Below are positions 23,198-35,323 of a stretch of 64,000 bases of DNA, in pieces. Under the pieces are notes generated by a model that was not told the origin of the DNA, ran no database searches, and worked only from the letters and a program-made list of their open reading frames with translations. The translations under genes were made by a program, and so were the position numbers. The stretch's first letter is position 1. Each line of letters starts with the position of its first letter. Source of the stretch: Caecitellus pseudoparvulus. Taxonomy: Eukaryota > Protista > Bigyra: Bicosoecida. Location: positions 1 to 64,000 of the forward strand of contig CBFFRQ010000052.1 in NCBI GenBank assembly GCA_965644315.1, given 5' to 3'.

Positions 23198-24965
23198 ATG
23201 TCAGACAGTGACGAGTATGTCTACGACTCTGACGACGACGAGGGTGTCGTGTAAGTCATCGGCGTGGTGGCGAGCCATGCACACGCGCCAGCAGGTTGCC
23301 TACGCCCTGCTCGCTCGCTGCAGGTACGAATCGGGCGACGACTCTGCTGTGGAGTCTGCAGGGGAAGACGATGATGGCTTGATCCAGATCGAGAACACCT
23401 TCTATGAGGCAGACGGTGAGGCCGGCAGCACTGGCGCTGTTGGCGGGGTGGTGCCGCATGGTCCGTTCCCGTGCGCGTGTGCGCAGAGGCGAGGGAGGCA
23501 GGCAATGCCACGGAAGCCATTCAAAAGTACAAGAGGGTCATTGACCTGGAGGCGGCGTACGAGGCGGAGGGCAACACTGCGCCCGGCAAGTGAGTCCCTG
23601 GCATCCTGGACTGCCTCCTGGCGTTTCGTCACGGTGTGGAGTTGAGCTGCACAGGTCGTTCACGTGCTACCAGCACTGCACCGCCTTGTCCTACGCCATG
23701 GGGGACCAAGACAAGATGATGGAGTTCTACCGCACCCTCCTCACGTTCTTCGGCACGACCCGGGTCACGGCGAACCAAGCGGAGGCAGCAGTGAAAGAGT
23801 GCGTGACGCTGCGCCGGGCAGGGAGGCTGGTGCGCCCGAGCACGGCACACTGCTGGGCGGCCTTTGTACTGCTTTGCACTTGCACTCGCTCCACTATCGC
23901 AGCGTCCTAGGGGCTGTGGAGCGCAGCTCTGATGCGGCCTTCACGCGGGAAGTGTACAGCATGACGACCCAAGCGCTGGCCTCATCAGGCAACGAGAACT
24001 TGCTGTTCAGCACGCGCCTTCGGCTGTGCCGGTCTCTTGTGGAAGAAGGCAGCTTGGACAAAGCCCAGGAGCTGGTGGAGGAGCTGCACGCCTCGCTGCG
24101 CACTGCCAGCGGCGAGGACGACCCGGCTAAGAGCACCAAGCTGGTTGAGGTGTACGCAGTGAAAATCGCGCTGGCCACTGCAAGCGGAGACATGAGCAAC
24201 ATGGAGCTGTACTACGACCGCGTGTCCAGCCTCCGTTCGGCCGTCCCAGACATGCGCACGTTTGGGCAGATCAAGGAGGCATTCGGCAAGATGCACTTGG
24301 CGGCGGGGGAGTGGGCGGCCGCAGACGAGGAGTTCTTCGACGCCATGAAGAACTACATGGAAGCAGCGGAGCGCGGCCGAGCTGTGCAGTGCTTGCAGTA
24401 CAAGGTGCTGGCCAACATGTGTGCGGGGTCCAGCGTGGACCCCTTCTCAGCACAGGAGGCGAAGCAGTTCGAGAAGGACCCCGACGCGCTGGCCATGGTG
24501 GAGCTGCGCCAGGCGTACGCTGCTCACGATGTTGACCGCTTCGGGCGCATCTTGAACGACCCCAAGCGCAAGCTTGGAGCAGACCCCGTCATTTCCAAGT
24601 ACCTCGCGCCCCTCATGCGCAACTTCAGGGCGCAGGTGCTGGTCAAGATGCTGAAGCCATACAAGGTTGCGAAGCTGTCTTTCCTCGCGCGGCGGCTCAA
24701 GGTCACCCCAGTTGAAGTGGAGGCGCTGCTGGTTGGGCTCATCCACGACGAGGCCCTGTCCGCCAGCATTGACCAGGTGACGGGGCTGCTGTACATCCAG
24801 TCGACGGCCTTGCGAGCTGACGAGGGCGAGCAGGCGGAGCAGGCTGAGGGGAGCCTGCATGCATCTGGTGCTGCAGGAGGCCGGGCAGCTGCCCAGAAGG
24901 CAGTGGCTAAGTGGGCAGACGCACTGTCCAGAGTGCAGGATGCGCTCAGCAGCCGCCTCTCGTGA
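23198..24965 (+). CDS. CSN2: COP9 signalosome subunit 2 (PCI domain), multi-exon
   Basis: Acidic N-terminus, IENTFYEA, MMEFYRTLLTF, GEDDPAKSTKLVEVYA, IKEAFGKMHL, DPFSAQEAK, C-terminal PCI end ASIDQVTGLL. Confidence 0.88.
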
Positions 24966-25313
24966 GGGTAGAGGGGGGGCAAGGGCAGCCCCTCTCGCCT
25001 GGCAAGGGCTCTGGCTCACAATCCATCCAACCCCACTTCCAATGTAGTCCCGGCACCGGGGTCTTTTTGCTGCTCAAGCCGTTGCTTTGCACTCCTTGCA
25101 GTCGCATCGCTGAGGCGAAGCGCGCCAGGGAATTCAGTGCACACACGAAGTGCGCCAGGGCCCAGCAGGCTCAAGGCAGACCAGGTCGCGGCTCCGGCTG
25201 CGAATCCTCGAAAGAAGCCAACTTGGCTTGCGTCCCACGCCACTGTCCTTGCCACCTCACAAAGGGCGGGCTGATCAGCGCTGCGACTTGCTCAGGCGCG
25301 GATTTTGAGCGGC

Positions 25314-26554
25314 ATGACGGCCGACGACAAGGCGCTGTTGAAGAGCGGGGAGACGGATGGCCTGGACAATGTCATCGCCACCGCCACTGGCGGCTCAGGT
25401 GTGGACTTGACGCAACTGTCAGCGCCGCCTGGCATGGATTTGGGGTGTATCAAGCTCAGCAGACCCATGACTGTGGGGCTGGGTTGCGCCATCGTGCTGG
25501 GGTTTGGTGTCATCATGGGTGTGGCTTTGCCCAGCAACTTGCATGTGGACCGGGAGAAAGCCATCATCAGCGGCATCATTGGATGGGTGTACTTTGCTGC
25601 GTGGTCCATTTCTTTCTACCCCCAGTTCTGGCTCAACTACGTCCGCAAAAGCGTCATCGGCATGAGCTTTGACTACCAAGTGCGTTGCACTGGCGTGGCG
25701 ACAAACGCGGGTGTTGCACCGCGTCCCCCGCTCCTCGCATGTACGCAGCTCTTGAACGTCGTTGGCTTCACGGCGTACACTATCTTCAACTGCTCGGTGT
25801 GTGGCAGCCAGGCTCTGCGTGGTGCAGCAAATCGCCTCGTCACACGCCTGCCCGCGTCCCCACCCAGTTTTACTACAACGAAAGCGTTAAGCAGCAGTAC
25901 TTTGACAAGCACCACGCACACAATGTGGTGCAGGCGAACGACGTCTTCTTTGCGCTGCACGCGCTGTTCTGGACCTTCATGACTTGCGGGCAGATCTTCT
26001 TCTACGAACGAGGCACCCAGCGCTTCGGCCTGTTCACCCTGATCATCAGTATTGGCTCGACGGTGCTGTTTGGCATCTATGCCATCGTCATCGCCGCGGG
26101 CGTGCAGGGCAGTATCTTCAATTGGCTGGACTACGTCATTGGCGTGTCCTACGTCAAGCTCGGCGTCACCCTCATCAAGTACGCACCCCAGGTGTACCTG
26201 AACTACTCCCGCCAGAGCACAGCGGGCTGGAACGTCTGGAACGTCCTCCTTGACTTCACCGGCGGCTCGTTGTCGGTCCTGCAGCAACTCCTGGACTGTG
26301 CCTGGACCAACAACTGGGAGGGCATCTCCGGCGACCCCGTCAAGTTCGCCCTGGGGCTCACCTCCATGGTCTTCGACACCATGTTCATGACGCAGCATTA
26401 CTGTCTGTATGCTGAGAATAACCGCAGGCTCGAGGAGGCTGCCGTTGCTGCGCTGGCGGCAAGAGGGAGCAGCAGCAAGGAAGAGTCCGATGCCCTCCTG
26501 GCAAAGGGGGCAGGGCAGGAAGGTTCATTGCAGCATGAACAAGAACCTGTGTAG
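25314..26554 (+). CDS. CTNS: Cystinosin-like PQ-loop lysosomal transporter, multi-exon
   Basis: [69 protein letters not shown]. Confidence 0.93.
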
Positions 26555-26853
26555 ACAGTGAATGTACTGTGGGCGCACTGGGGTGTGGCTTAGAGCGGCG
26601 AGGTGTGTCTGCGAGGTTGTTTGCCGGGCAGCGTCAGCAATGACTCCGTCCAGTTTTGCGCACGGCACCCCCCTCATGTGCAGGGGAGGGCCAATCAGGG
26701 CCGCCTGCTGCAACCACAAGCCACGCCAAACACAATATCCCGCTGCTGCTCCCCACAACCTATACCTCTCGCGTTCATGCCAACCACAGACGCCCTGCAC
26801 GCGTGCGGAATTTGTCGTCCCGACCCCAGCCTTCAGTCCTCCTCAGCTACACC

Positions 26854-28132
26854 ATGGCTGCCGCAGCCAGCGCGATCAAGTGAGTTTGATGGTGCTTCTG
26901 CATGGCTCCACCTCGGCAGCGGCGCAGTGCGGCCCCTGCTGCCGCTGCAAACTGCAAGGCTTCTTCCCACCACCGTCCCATGCTGACCACGTTTCCCGCC
27001 TTTTCTCCCGCTGCACGAAGCCTGCTGCCCCTCCTCCCAGGATCGTGCTGATGGGGCAGGGTGGTGTCGGTAAGACTGCCATGACCCTCAGGTACACCAC
27101 CGGCGAGTTCAACGAGCAGGTGTGTGCCCAGCGTGGCAGGCTGCACGTTTCGCGCTGCCGCATCTCCCAGAGTCCGCCGGCTGCACACTCACCTTCGCGC
27201 ATCGCTGACATCCCCACCCCTCTTCGTTTTTCAGTACCTTCCCACAATTGGTGACATGGTGCGTGTCTGGTTGGAAGGCGCAGCCCCTGCCCGGACGCCT
27301 GCGCGTCGCCCGTCCTTGCGTGGCAGCCCGGAATGGAATTCCCGCAGCCGCAAGCTCACTCTCCCTGCCGCCTTCGCCTGCACAGTACACCAAGGACGTG
27401 GAGGTGAACGGCTTCCCCCGCAGTGTGCAGTTGGATGATACCGCTGGTCAGGTGAGTCCGGCTCCGCGTCGCCTGAGCTTGTGTGCCTGCGGCGGCGACA
27501 GGCCTGGGCACCCTTGCATTGCATATTGAAGCCTGACTCTCTCGCCTGGAGCTTTCCGCGCCGAGCACTGCACCCCGCCCAACTCCCACACCGGCCGCGA
27601 GCTTCCAACCTTCACAGGAGGCATATGCAGACCTTCGCAGCGAGAAGCTGGGCACCGGCGACGTACGTGCGCAGCTGCTCGTTGCGTCGCCGCCTCCTTC
27701 CCCGCTCCATGCCTGTACCTGCTTCTCAACTTGCAGGGTTACTTGCTGGTGTACAGCATTACTGACGACACCACTTTCGCCAAGTTGGACCGTCTGCGCG
27801 AGGAGATCCTGAAGGCACAGGCTGCCAAGGGCAAGAAGGCGCCCCCCGTCTTCCTGGTGGGCACCAAGGCCGACCTGGACGGCGACCGCGCTGTGACTGT
27901 GCAGGAGCGCAAGGCCAAGGGCAAGGCCTGGTCCTCCCGCACCTTCGAAGTGTCGGCGAAGACCGACGCAGGCGTGAAGGAGGTGTTCCAGGAGATGATG
28001 AAGGCCATTTTGGCTTCCAGCGTGGACCCCAGCAAGGGCAGCGGCGGCGGCTCCGTGATGGGTGCCGGCAAGACGCCAGCCCGCAAGGATGCCACCCCCA
28101 CAAAGGAAAATGGCAAGTGCCTCATCGTTTAG
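26854..28132 (+). CDS. Ras-family small GTPase; exons 26854..26879, 27041..27119, 27235..27258, 27386..27451, 27618..27662, 27737..28132
   Basis: G1 GQGGVGKT, effector loop YLPTIGDM, G3 DTAGQE, G4 TKAD, G5 EVSAK, CaaX CLIV. All junctions are GT-AG and in frame. Confidence 0.92.
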
Positions 28133-28348
28133 GCTGTGCAGTCTTATGAAATGCAATGCGTGCACGGTGAGCACGGGGAGGCGCTGCGAGCTTCTTCAGC
28201 TTGGGCGGCGCAGTGGCAGGGATAGGACACAATTCATCCGCCCCAGCACGAGTGGGCGACGCTCAGGGTGCCGTCAACTTTACACCCACACGGTTCGCTG
28301 TGGGCACCTGTCAGTTCCTTCAGCCTCGCGGCGCCCTGTGCGGCAGGC

Positions 28349-30403
28349 ATGGAGGCCCGCCGGCGAAAGCGAGCTCGGGATGACGGCACGCGGCGTCCCT
28401 CCGGCGCGCCGAGCGGAGCCGCTCATGTGAAGAAGCGTAGGGACAAGTACGAGGCTCGCTCTGGCTCCTCAGGCAGCGAGAGAGACGACAGTCATGGGCA
28501 CTTCAAGGGGCGCCCAGGCAGCAGCATCACCGATCGCTGTGCGTGCTGCCAGCTGCACAGTTCGACGGGGTGCGGCTTTTGCACCAGCCCGACTTTCCAC
28601 CGCTCCGAGCACAGACCGCATTCTCGCCGAGTCGGGCATGGGCACGTTCGGGAGGGTTCTGCTGTGCCATGACCGCAAGCGAGACGTGAATGTGGCCATG
28701 AAGGTGGTGCGGCGGGTGCACAAGTACACCGACGCAGCCCGCATCGAAGGGGACATTTTGAGCGGGGTGAATGCGAGGGACCCTGACGGGCGCTCCATGT
28801 GTGTGCGGCTCTTTGACCGCTTCGAGTTCTACGGGCATTACTGCATGGTGTTTGAAGCCCTAGGCCCCAGCCTGTACGACTACTTGAAGGCCAACAAGTA
28901 CCGGCCGCTGCCTCTGTTTTGCGTGCAAGCCTTTGCCGACCAGCTGGTGACAGCAGTGTCGTTCCTGCACGGCATGAACCTCATCCACACCGACTTGAAG
29001 CCGGAGAACGTCCTGCTCGTCAGCTCCAAAGACTTTGTGCCAACCCCCAAGCCAACTTCCCGGCGTGATGGCCGGCCAGCCTTGGCTCCGGCGTCCACTG
29101 GCGTCAAACGTAAGTGCTGCTGTGCGGAAGTTGCTCCTGCAGCACTTGCGCCAACCCTTGCCCCGCCGCCCTCCTCGCAGTGATTGACTTCGGCAGTGCG
29201 ACTTTCGACGACGAAGCCAAGGGCGGCATCATTAACACCCGGCAGTACCGTGCGCCAGAGGTCATCTTGGACCTCGGCTGGAGCTTGCCGTCGGACATCT
29301 GGGGCCTTGGCTGCATTCTCATGGAGCTGTACACAGGGCAGCTGCTGTTCAAGACACACGACAGCCTAGAGCACCTGGCCCTCATCCAGGCAAGCTTAGG
29401 GCCTTTCCCGCCCTCCATGGTGCGGCCGGGGAAGTACTTTGACAGCAAGGGGCACCTTCGGTACCCTGCCGGCGCCTCCAGCGAGAGCCAGCGCCACGTG
29501 CGCAAGCAGCTGCCGCTGGCCAACCTCATCCACAAGCGGGATACAGTGTTCCTGGACCTTGTGCGCCGCATGCTGGAGGTGGACCCTGCCAAGCGCATCA
29601 CGGCGGCAGAGGCCTTGAACCACCCCCTTTTTACCTCCGTTCGCAAGGAGAAGGTGGTGCCGGTGCCCCTCCCGCCGCCACCTTCCCAGTCCAAGCACAG
29701 GTCGCCCTTCACAAAGCGGCGCTCGTGGAGCGCTCGAAACGAAGCCTACAGGTCTGTGTCTCGGGATGGCGTGGGCGCTGAGGGCCCGCCAGCCCTGTCA
29801 GACGCGGCGGCGGCCGCCCCGCCGCTGGACACCCCCACCAAGCCGGCAGCAAGCGGAGGTGGGGGGGCAGACTGTGGAGGGAACGCTGCTGCCCCATGCA
29901 GCCATGGTGGTGCCACGCCCGGCCTCGCCCGCGCCTGCAGCGCGGGGGAGGCGGCAGCGGCACCTTCATCCCGCCTCGCACCACTTCACGAAACACACCA
30001 CTCTCACCTGGACAGCACAAGCCAACTGACGCCGGCGAGGTCCACAGAGAGGCACCCAGCTGCTGTGCTATCAGCTGCCGCCGCAGCAGCATCTGCATCT
30101 GCGCTATTTGGAGAGGGGGCACGGGTCTCTGAGCGGGAGGAGTCTCCGGCAGTGGTCGTGGACGGGGAGGCAGCCCTGCCGGACACCGGCCCACAGGCTG
30201 AGCCGTCAAAGGGGGTGGTGATGGCAGGGGAGCAAGAGCAAGCCAGGGCTCCATCGGCCCCGGCGTTAGATCCCGCTCCGCCTGCTGCCGCCTCCGTGGC
30301 CAGCTCGGCGTCCCCCACCATCACTCCCGCGCCAGCTTCCTTGGACTTGATTGCGTCGCACTTCACATCTGTGGACGAGAGCGATGGGGAAGGGGACTTG
30401 TAG
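28349..30403 (+). CDS. LAMMER/CLK-family dual-specificity protein kinase, multi-exon
   Basis: GMGTFGRV, VAMK, HTDLKPEN, IDFGSATF, TRQYRAPEVILDLGWS, LAMMER-variant EHLALIQASLG, long disordered C-terminal tail. Confidence 0.92.
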
Positions 30404-30441
30404 TCGCTCCCTCCAGTGCACACAAGCGGAGAGGGGGCCCC

Positions 30442-30453
30442 AATGCATGCATT
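30442..30453. terminator. Candidate bidirectional 3'-end signal AATGCATGCATT
   Basis: Perfect 12-bp palindrome (AATGCA on each strand) between convergent stops at 30403 and 30499. Confidence 0.5.
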
Positions 30454-30498
30454 CCGCGTTCACAGGACCGACACCAGCTTGGCCACGATGGACGTGGT

Positions 30499-33400
30499 TC
30501 ACAGACCGCTGTGCAGCGCAGTGGAGCGACCAACTGCCATGGTGGCAGGCGGTGTTGACTCCAGGAAAGGCAGAGCAGCAGCAAAGGTGCCTTCAGCGCC
30601 CACTGCGGTGTCGATGGGCAGCAGCTTGCCCACGCGATCGAAGTAGTTGCTCACGGGCACCTTCTCCCTCTGGAAGGTGTCCACAGCAGCCTCCAGCGCT
30701 GCGGCCTCGCCCACGCTGAGCTCTGCACCCCCAGCTACGCGCTGTGTGCGTGCCTCCCGTGCTGTTTCAAGGAGAATAGCACCCTTCACTGGCCCGACAG
30801 CTTCCTCCAGGGCAAACACCTGGTCGCTGACGCGGGGGTACCCTTGTGACACCACTCGTGGGTAGCCATCCAGAATGTACCGAGTGGCTGTTGTACCGGC
30901 CATCGCTTGGCGAATGACAGCCATCGTGGCGGCCAGCGGTGCCGTGCGCTTGGTGTCCAGCGCCAGCCGGATGTCAGCAGCCCATGGGGAGTCTGGGTTC
31001 TCAGCTTCTGCTCGCAGAAGCTCCGTCACACGGATGGGGGCGTACCCGAGGGCTTGCCCTGCTCTCATGAGAAACTCACCCCGCCCCGACCCGGCAGCGC
31101 CGATGAGCACCACGAGGTCAGTTGTGAAGGCCTTGCGCACCTCCGCAAACACGAGGTCGGGAGGGGCTTGCGAGGAAACTGCGCGAACCAGGCTGCTCTT
31201 GGCATAGTGCTGGATGACTGGCAGGGAGCGCTCCTGGAAGGTGCGGAAGCGCTTCACGATCGCCTCCTCGTTGTCATCCACACGCCCTGACGTCTCCCCA
31301 CGGTGCAGCAGGCGCTTGCGCATCTCGCCCTCGGGGCAGTCGAAGAACAGCACGAAGGAGGGGTGCCCCACGATGGCTTCAAAGGCTTCGGCCTGGTCCA
31401 TGGCGCGGGGAAAGCCGTCGATGAGGAACTTGGTCGCACCGCTGTTGGCCATGGCGGTGCGCAGCAGGCCAACAGTGACTTCCTGCGGCACCAAGGTGCC
31501 AGCACGCATGTGCTCCTCAATCATCGCCCCCTGCGGTGATCCTCGAGAGCGCTCAGCCCGCAGCAAGTCCCCTGCGCTCAGGTGGGTGTACCCGTAGTGC
31601 TTGACGATGTTGGCGCACTGCGTGCCCTTGCCAGAGCCGGGCCCGCCCAGGACAAAGACGATGCTGGGATCAAACACACGCTTCACAGCCTTGAAAACCT
31701 CCTCCGGCGCTGGAGTGGCGTCAATGGACCTCACACGGCCCTGTCGGGCGTAGTGCTGGATGACTGGCATACTGGCCTGTTGAAAGGTGCGGAAGCGCTT
31801 CACGATCGCCTCCTCGTTGTCATCCACACGCCCTGACGTCTCCCCTCGGTGCAGCAGGCGCTTGCGCATCTCGCCCTCGGGGCAGTCGAAGAACAGCACG
31901 AAGGAGGGGTGCCCCACGATGGCTTCAAAGGCTTCGGCCTGGTCCATGGCGCGGGGAAAGCCGTCGATGAGGAACTTGTCGTTTCCACTCGTTGCCATGG
32001 CGGTGCGCAGCAGGCCAACAGTGACTTCCTGCGGCACCAAAGCCCCAGTTGCCATGCAACTTTCAATCATAGATCCCTCCGCAGATCCCCGAGCAACCTC
32101 AGCCCGCAGCAAGTCCCCTGCGCTCAGGTGGGTGTACCCGTAGTGCTTGACGATGTTGGCGCACTGCGTGCCCTTGCCAGAGCCGGGCCCGCCCAGGACA
32201 AAGACGACACGCGGCGCCAACAGCTCCTGCACGCCTGCCCAGGTGCGATCCAGCGACCCCCGCACAGGCACGTCCCGCACCAAGCCTTGGGCCCTGTACA
32301 CTGTCAGCATGGCAGTTGTGCCATTGGCATAGATGCGGCAGGCTTTTTCATGGGCCGCCTTAGCAGCGGACCCGCGGGGCGGCGGCGCAACTCCCTTGCC
32401 TGGCACGTGCAGCACGAGGCGTGGCGGGCCAAGGGCACCTTCCATGGCCTTCGCGCTGGCTTTCGTGCGCGGGAAGTTTGCCAGCGCGAATTTCGCATGA
32501 GGGGCACTCTCCACAGCCGCCTTCATCAGCGTCAGGACATGCCCTGTCGGGACGTTGTCGCCAGCCTCACGCAGGCTCCGAAGGGAAAGGCCCAGCTCAC
32601 TGCCAGAGTCGATTTCAGCTGCCACCAAAGCGTCTTCGTCCAGCACCGTGTACCCGCCGTCCTGCTGCATGTGCTGCAAAACGCCCGCCACATGCCCGCC
32701 CGGCTGCCCGACGACGGCCACAAGGTGGGGCTGGAACGCGGCAACAGCTTCGTCGTACACGGCATCCACGGCTTTACCTTCTGACGACACACTCCGCACG
32801 AGGCCAAGCTTGCGGTAGAAGTCCAGGACAGGCGCTGACTCCGAGTGGAACGTTTCCAGGCGCAGCCGGATGGAGGCTTCGTTGTCGTCTGCCCGGCCAG
32901 AGGACTCCCCGCGTTTCACGAGGCGCTGCACCAGGGACTCCTCGCTGGCTGTGAACTCCAGCACAAAGGCAGGCGACCCCGCCATTGCCTCGAAGGCAAA
33001 GGCCTGGTCCAGTGCACGGGGGTAGCCGTCAATGAGGAACTTCTTGCTGCCACTGGACGCCATGGCGTTGCGCAGCAGGGTCAACACGGTGTTGGTGTCG
33101 ATGAGGCCACCAGCCTTCATGGTCGCTGACAGGCTTTGCCCCAGGTCTGAGCCACTCGCAACTTCTGCACGCAGCAAGTCTCCTGTGGACAGGTGCGTGT
33201 ACCCCAGTGCCTTGCTCAGGCGCTCGCACTGCGTGCCCTTGCCAGAGCCAGGGCCGCCCAGTACAAACACGATGCTGGCGCCAGGGCCAAGGTCAAGCTT
33301 CGCGACCGTGCTGCCTGCAGGGGATGCATCATCCGCGCCGGCACCGACACCGACGGAGCCCTCCTTGCTCTCCAGGACCTCCTCTGCCAGTGGCAGGTCT

Positions 33401-35106
33401 TCGTCGAAGTCCTTGCCCTCCTCTGGTTCCAGGATACGCACCGACGCACCAGGTGGGTGTGAGGCACCCACTCCCGAAGGCTGCCCCTCCTCTGAGGCAA
33501 AGCCAGTGCGGGGGTTGTGCTCCAGGAGCCAGTTGCCCAGCCAAGCCACACTGGCCAGCCCATGCGGCTTCTCCTTGCACAGCTCCACAAGGCCACGCGT
33601 CAGGACCGTGTGCAGCGTCTCCGTCACCTCGCCCTTGCCCACGTGGTAGCCACGTGCTACTGGGTGCATGCGGATGTACTCCCTGGCTGCAGCCTCAGGC
33701 AACGGCGGCGCAGGGTTAAAGCCAGGGAAATAAAAGCGGATTTCACGTGCCGCACTGACAGGTGAGTCTGAGCCGTGGGTTGCGTTGCGAGTGCCGTCCA
33801 CGCCGAAGCGAGCTCGCAGGGAGGCAGGCGCATCGCGACGAGCTGTGAATGTGTTGGTTGGCCCCATGAGTGCGCGCCAGCTCTTGATGGCAGCAGCCTT
33901 GGCCAGCACCAGCGCCACCACTGACCCCGAGGTCATGTACGACACCAGGCGGTTGAAGAAGAACTTGCCCTTGTGCTCGGCGTAGAACGCCTCCACCCGT
34001 TCTCGAGGCAGCGTCACGCGCTTCTCTGCCAGAATGACAAAGCCGTGGTCTACAATGGCCCGGACAATGGCTGCGTAGTGCGTCGAGGCAGTGCCAGGCT
34101 TGATTACGGCCAGGGTCTTCTCCAGCGGGATGGCGTTGGGGCCCAGCGCGGCGGCGAGGGCGGCGTCCACGTCAGAGGCACATGCTGGCGCCAGCACGGC
34201 CAAGGCGTCATCACTGGTCCCCCAAGTCGCCCGCAAGCTGGTGGGAGAGGCGTCCTTGGCCTTGTCCAGGGTTGGCGGCCCCAAGGCCAGGTGCACGCGT
34301 CGCACAGCATCCGGCCCTTCCAGGACGACGATGTGGCTGGTGCCCCGCGCAGCAGCTGCAACAGCAGTGGGGCTGGCACCCAACCCGGGGCCTGCTGCGT
34401 TGAAGGCCTCTGCGGCCTCTGGCGTCAGCTTTGCATCAGCACAGTGCACCTCCCACAGCCCCTTGGAAGTCAATGCCGCCTTGATGTCCTCCGTGTGCCC
34501 AGCCGTGACCGCCTCGGGGGTGATGGCCACAGCAGCACGCTGCCAAGGGCCAGGTGTGGGGAAGAAGAAGTTCAGCTCGCGCATGGCAGTCCACGGGGAG
34601 TCGGAGCCGTGTGTGGCATTGCGTGTGCCGTCTGTGCCGAAGAGCGCACGGAGGCACCAGGAGTCTTGGTTGATGGGGTGCTCTGCAGCAGCAGCTTCCT
34701 GGGCTTTGAATGTGTTGGTTGGGCCCATGAGCGCCCGCCACTTGGCAATGGCGTCGGGAGCTTCCAGCATGAGTGCCATGATGGGGCCAGAGCTCATGAA
34801 CTGTGTGAGCGTGCCGAAAAACGGCTTGCCAGCGTGCTCGGCGTAGAACTCCTGGGCTTGGTCGATGCTGAGACGCATAATCTTGCTCTTTACAATGGTG
34901 AAACCGTCGGCCTTGATGCGCTTCAGGATCTCCTCGGCCTTGTCAGGGGCTCGCAGCTCCTGCACCTCCACCCAAGCAGGGCGGGCTGCCGCCTCCTCCT
35001 CGTCCAGCTCCTCCTCGGGCTCTTCCGGGCGCTTCAGCACTTTGTCATACCATGCCTGACCACAAGCATCAGGTTTGATGAGGGCTAGCGTGCGCTGCAC
35101 AGCCAT
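30499..35106 (-). CDS. Multidomain phosphotransferase: 3 NDP-kinase domains, Dpy-30-like motif, 5 adenylate-kinase domains (~1535 aa)
   Basis: [10 protein letters not shown] and [10 protein letters not shown], each with [22 protein letters not shown]...[11 protein letters not shown]. Three [11 protein letters not shown]...FLIDG(Y/F)PR...R.DDNE domains plus two degenerate AK folds. Single uninterrupted ORF. Confidence 0.92.
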   Translation of the reverse strand: MAVQRTLALIKPDACGQAWYDKVLKRPEEPEEELDEEEAAARPAWVEVQELRAPDKAEEILKRIKADGFTIVKSKIMRLSIDQAQEFYAEHAGKPFFGTLTQFMSSGPIMALMLEAPDAIAKWRALMGPTNTFKAQEAAAAEHPINQDSWCLRALFGTDGTRNATHGSDSPWTAMRELNFFFPTPGPWQRAAVAITPEAVTAGHTEDIKAALTSKGLWEVHCADAKLTPEAAEAFNAAGPGLGASPTAVAAAARGTSHIVVLEGPDAVRRVHLALGPPTLDKAKDASPTSLRATWGTSDDALAVLAPACASDVDAALAAALGPNAIPLEKTLAVIKPGTASTHYAAIVRAIVDHGFVILAEKRVTLPRERVEAFYAEHKGKFFFNRLVSYMTSGSVVALVLAKAAAIKSWRALMGPTNTFTARRDAPASLRARFGVDGTRNATHGSDSPVSAAREIRFYFPGFNPAPPLPEAAAREYIRMHPVARGYHVGKGEVTETLHTVLTRGLVELCKEKPHGLASVAWLGNWLLEHNPRTGFASEEGQPSGVGASHPPGASVRILEPEEGKDFDEDLPLAEEVLESKEGSVGVGAGADDASPAGSTVAKLDLGPGASIVFVLGGPGSGKGTQCERLSKALGYTHLSTGDLLRAEVASGSDLGQSLSATMKAGGLIDTNTVLTLLRNAMASSGSKKFLIDGYPRALDQAFAFEAMAGSPAFVLEFTASEESLVQRLVKRGESSGRADDNEASIRLRLETFHSESAPVLDFYRKLGLVRSVSSEGKAVDAVYDEAVAAFQPHLVAVVGQPGGHVAGVLQHMQQDGGYTVLDEDALVAAEIDSGSELGLSLRSLREAGDNVPTGHVLTLMKAAVESAPHAKFALANFPRTKASAKAMEGALGPPRLVLHVPGKGVAPPPRGSAAKAAHEKACRIYANGTTAMLTVYRAQGLVRDVPVRGSLDRTWAGVQELLAPRVVFVLGGPGSGKGTQCANIVKHYGYTHLSAGDLLRAEVARGSAEGSMIESCMATGALVPQEVTVGLLRTAMATSGNDKFLIDGFPRAMDQAEAFEAIVGHPSFVLFFDCPEGEMRKRLLHRGETSGRVDDNEEAIVKRFRTFQQASMPVIQHYARQGRVRSIDATPAPEEVFKAVKRVFDPSIVFVLGGPGSGKGTQCANIVKHYGYTHLSAGDLLRAERSRGSPQGAMIEEHMRAGTLVPQEVTVGLLRTAMANSGATKFLIDGFPRAMDQAEAFEAIVGHPSFVLFFDCPEGEMRKRLLHRGETSGRVDDNEEAIVKRFRTFQERSLPVIQHYAKSSLVRAVSSQAPPDLVFAEVRKAFTTDLVVLIGAAGSGRGEFLMRAGQALGYAPIRVTELLRAEAENPDSPWAADIRLALDTKRTAPLAATMAVIRQAMAGTTATRYILDGYPRVVSQGYPRVSDQVFALEEAVGPVKGAILLETAREARTQRVAGGAELSVGEAAALEAAVDTFQREKVPVSNYFDRVGKLLPIDTAVGAEGTFAAALPFLESTPPATMAVGRSTALHSGL
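31125..32212 (-). repeat. Intragenic tandem duplication, period 546 bp (two near-identical AK domains)
   Basis: gtgcggaagcgcttcacgat occurs at 31241 and 31787; gacaaagacg occurs at 31651 and 32197. Long identical stretches lie between these anchors. Confidence 0.93.
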
Positions 35107-35323
35107 AGTCACGTGCACAGCGAGGAGCGTGGTGCTTTGCGGACTTTGACGGGGGCGCGCGATCAGAGATCGATATGCCTGCGCACACACCGACACCTAG
35201 ACCTGTGCTGCGAGCAGCACTGCAGTGGCTGGCTCTCTGGCCAGACGGGTGACAACACACCTAACGTGGGAGTGCGGCACACTGCTCGTGCATTGTAATT
35301 TGGCCCTCGCTCCGCGTGTGTGC

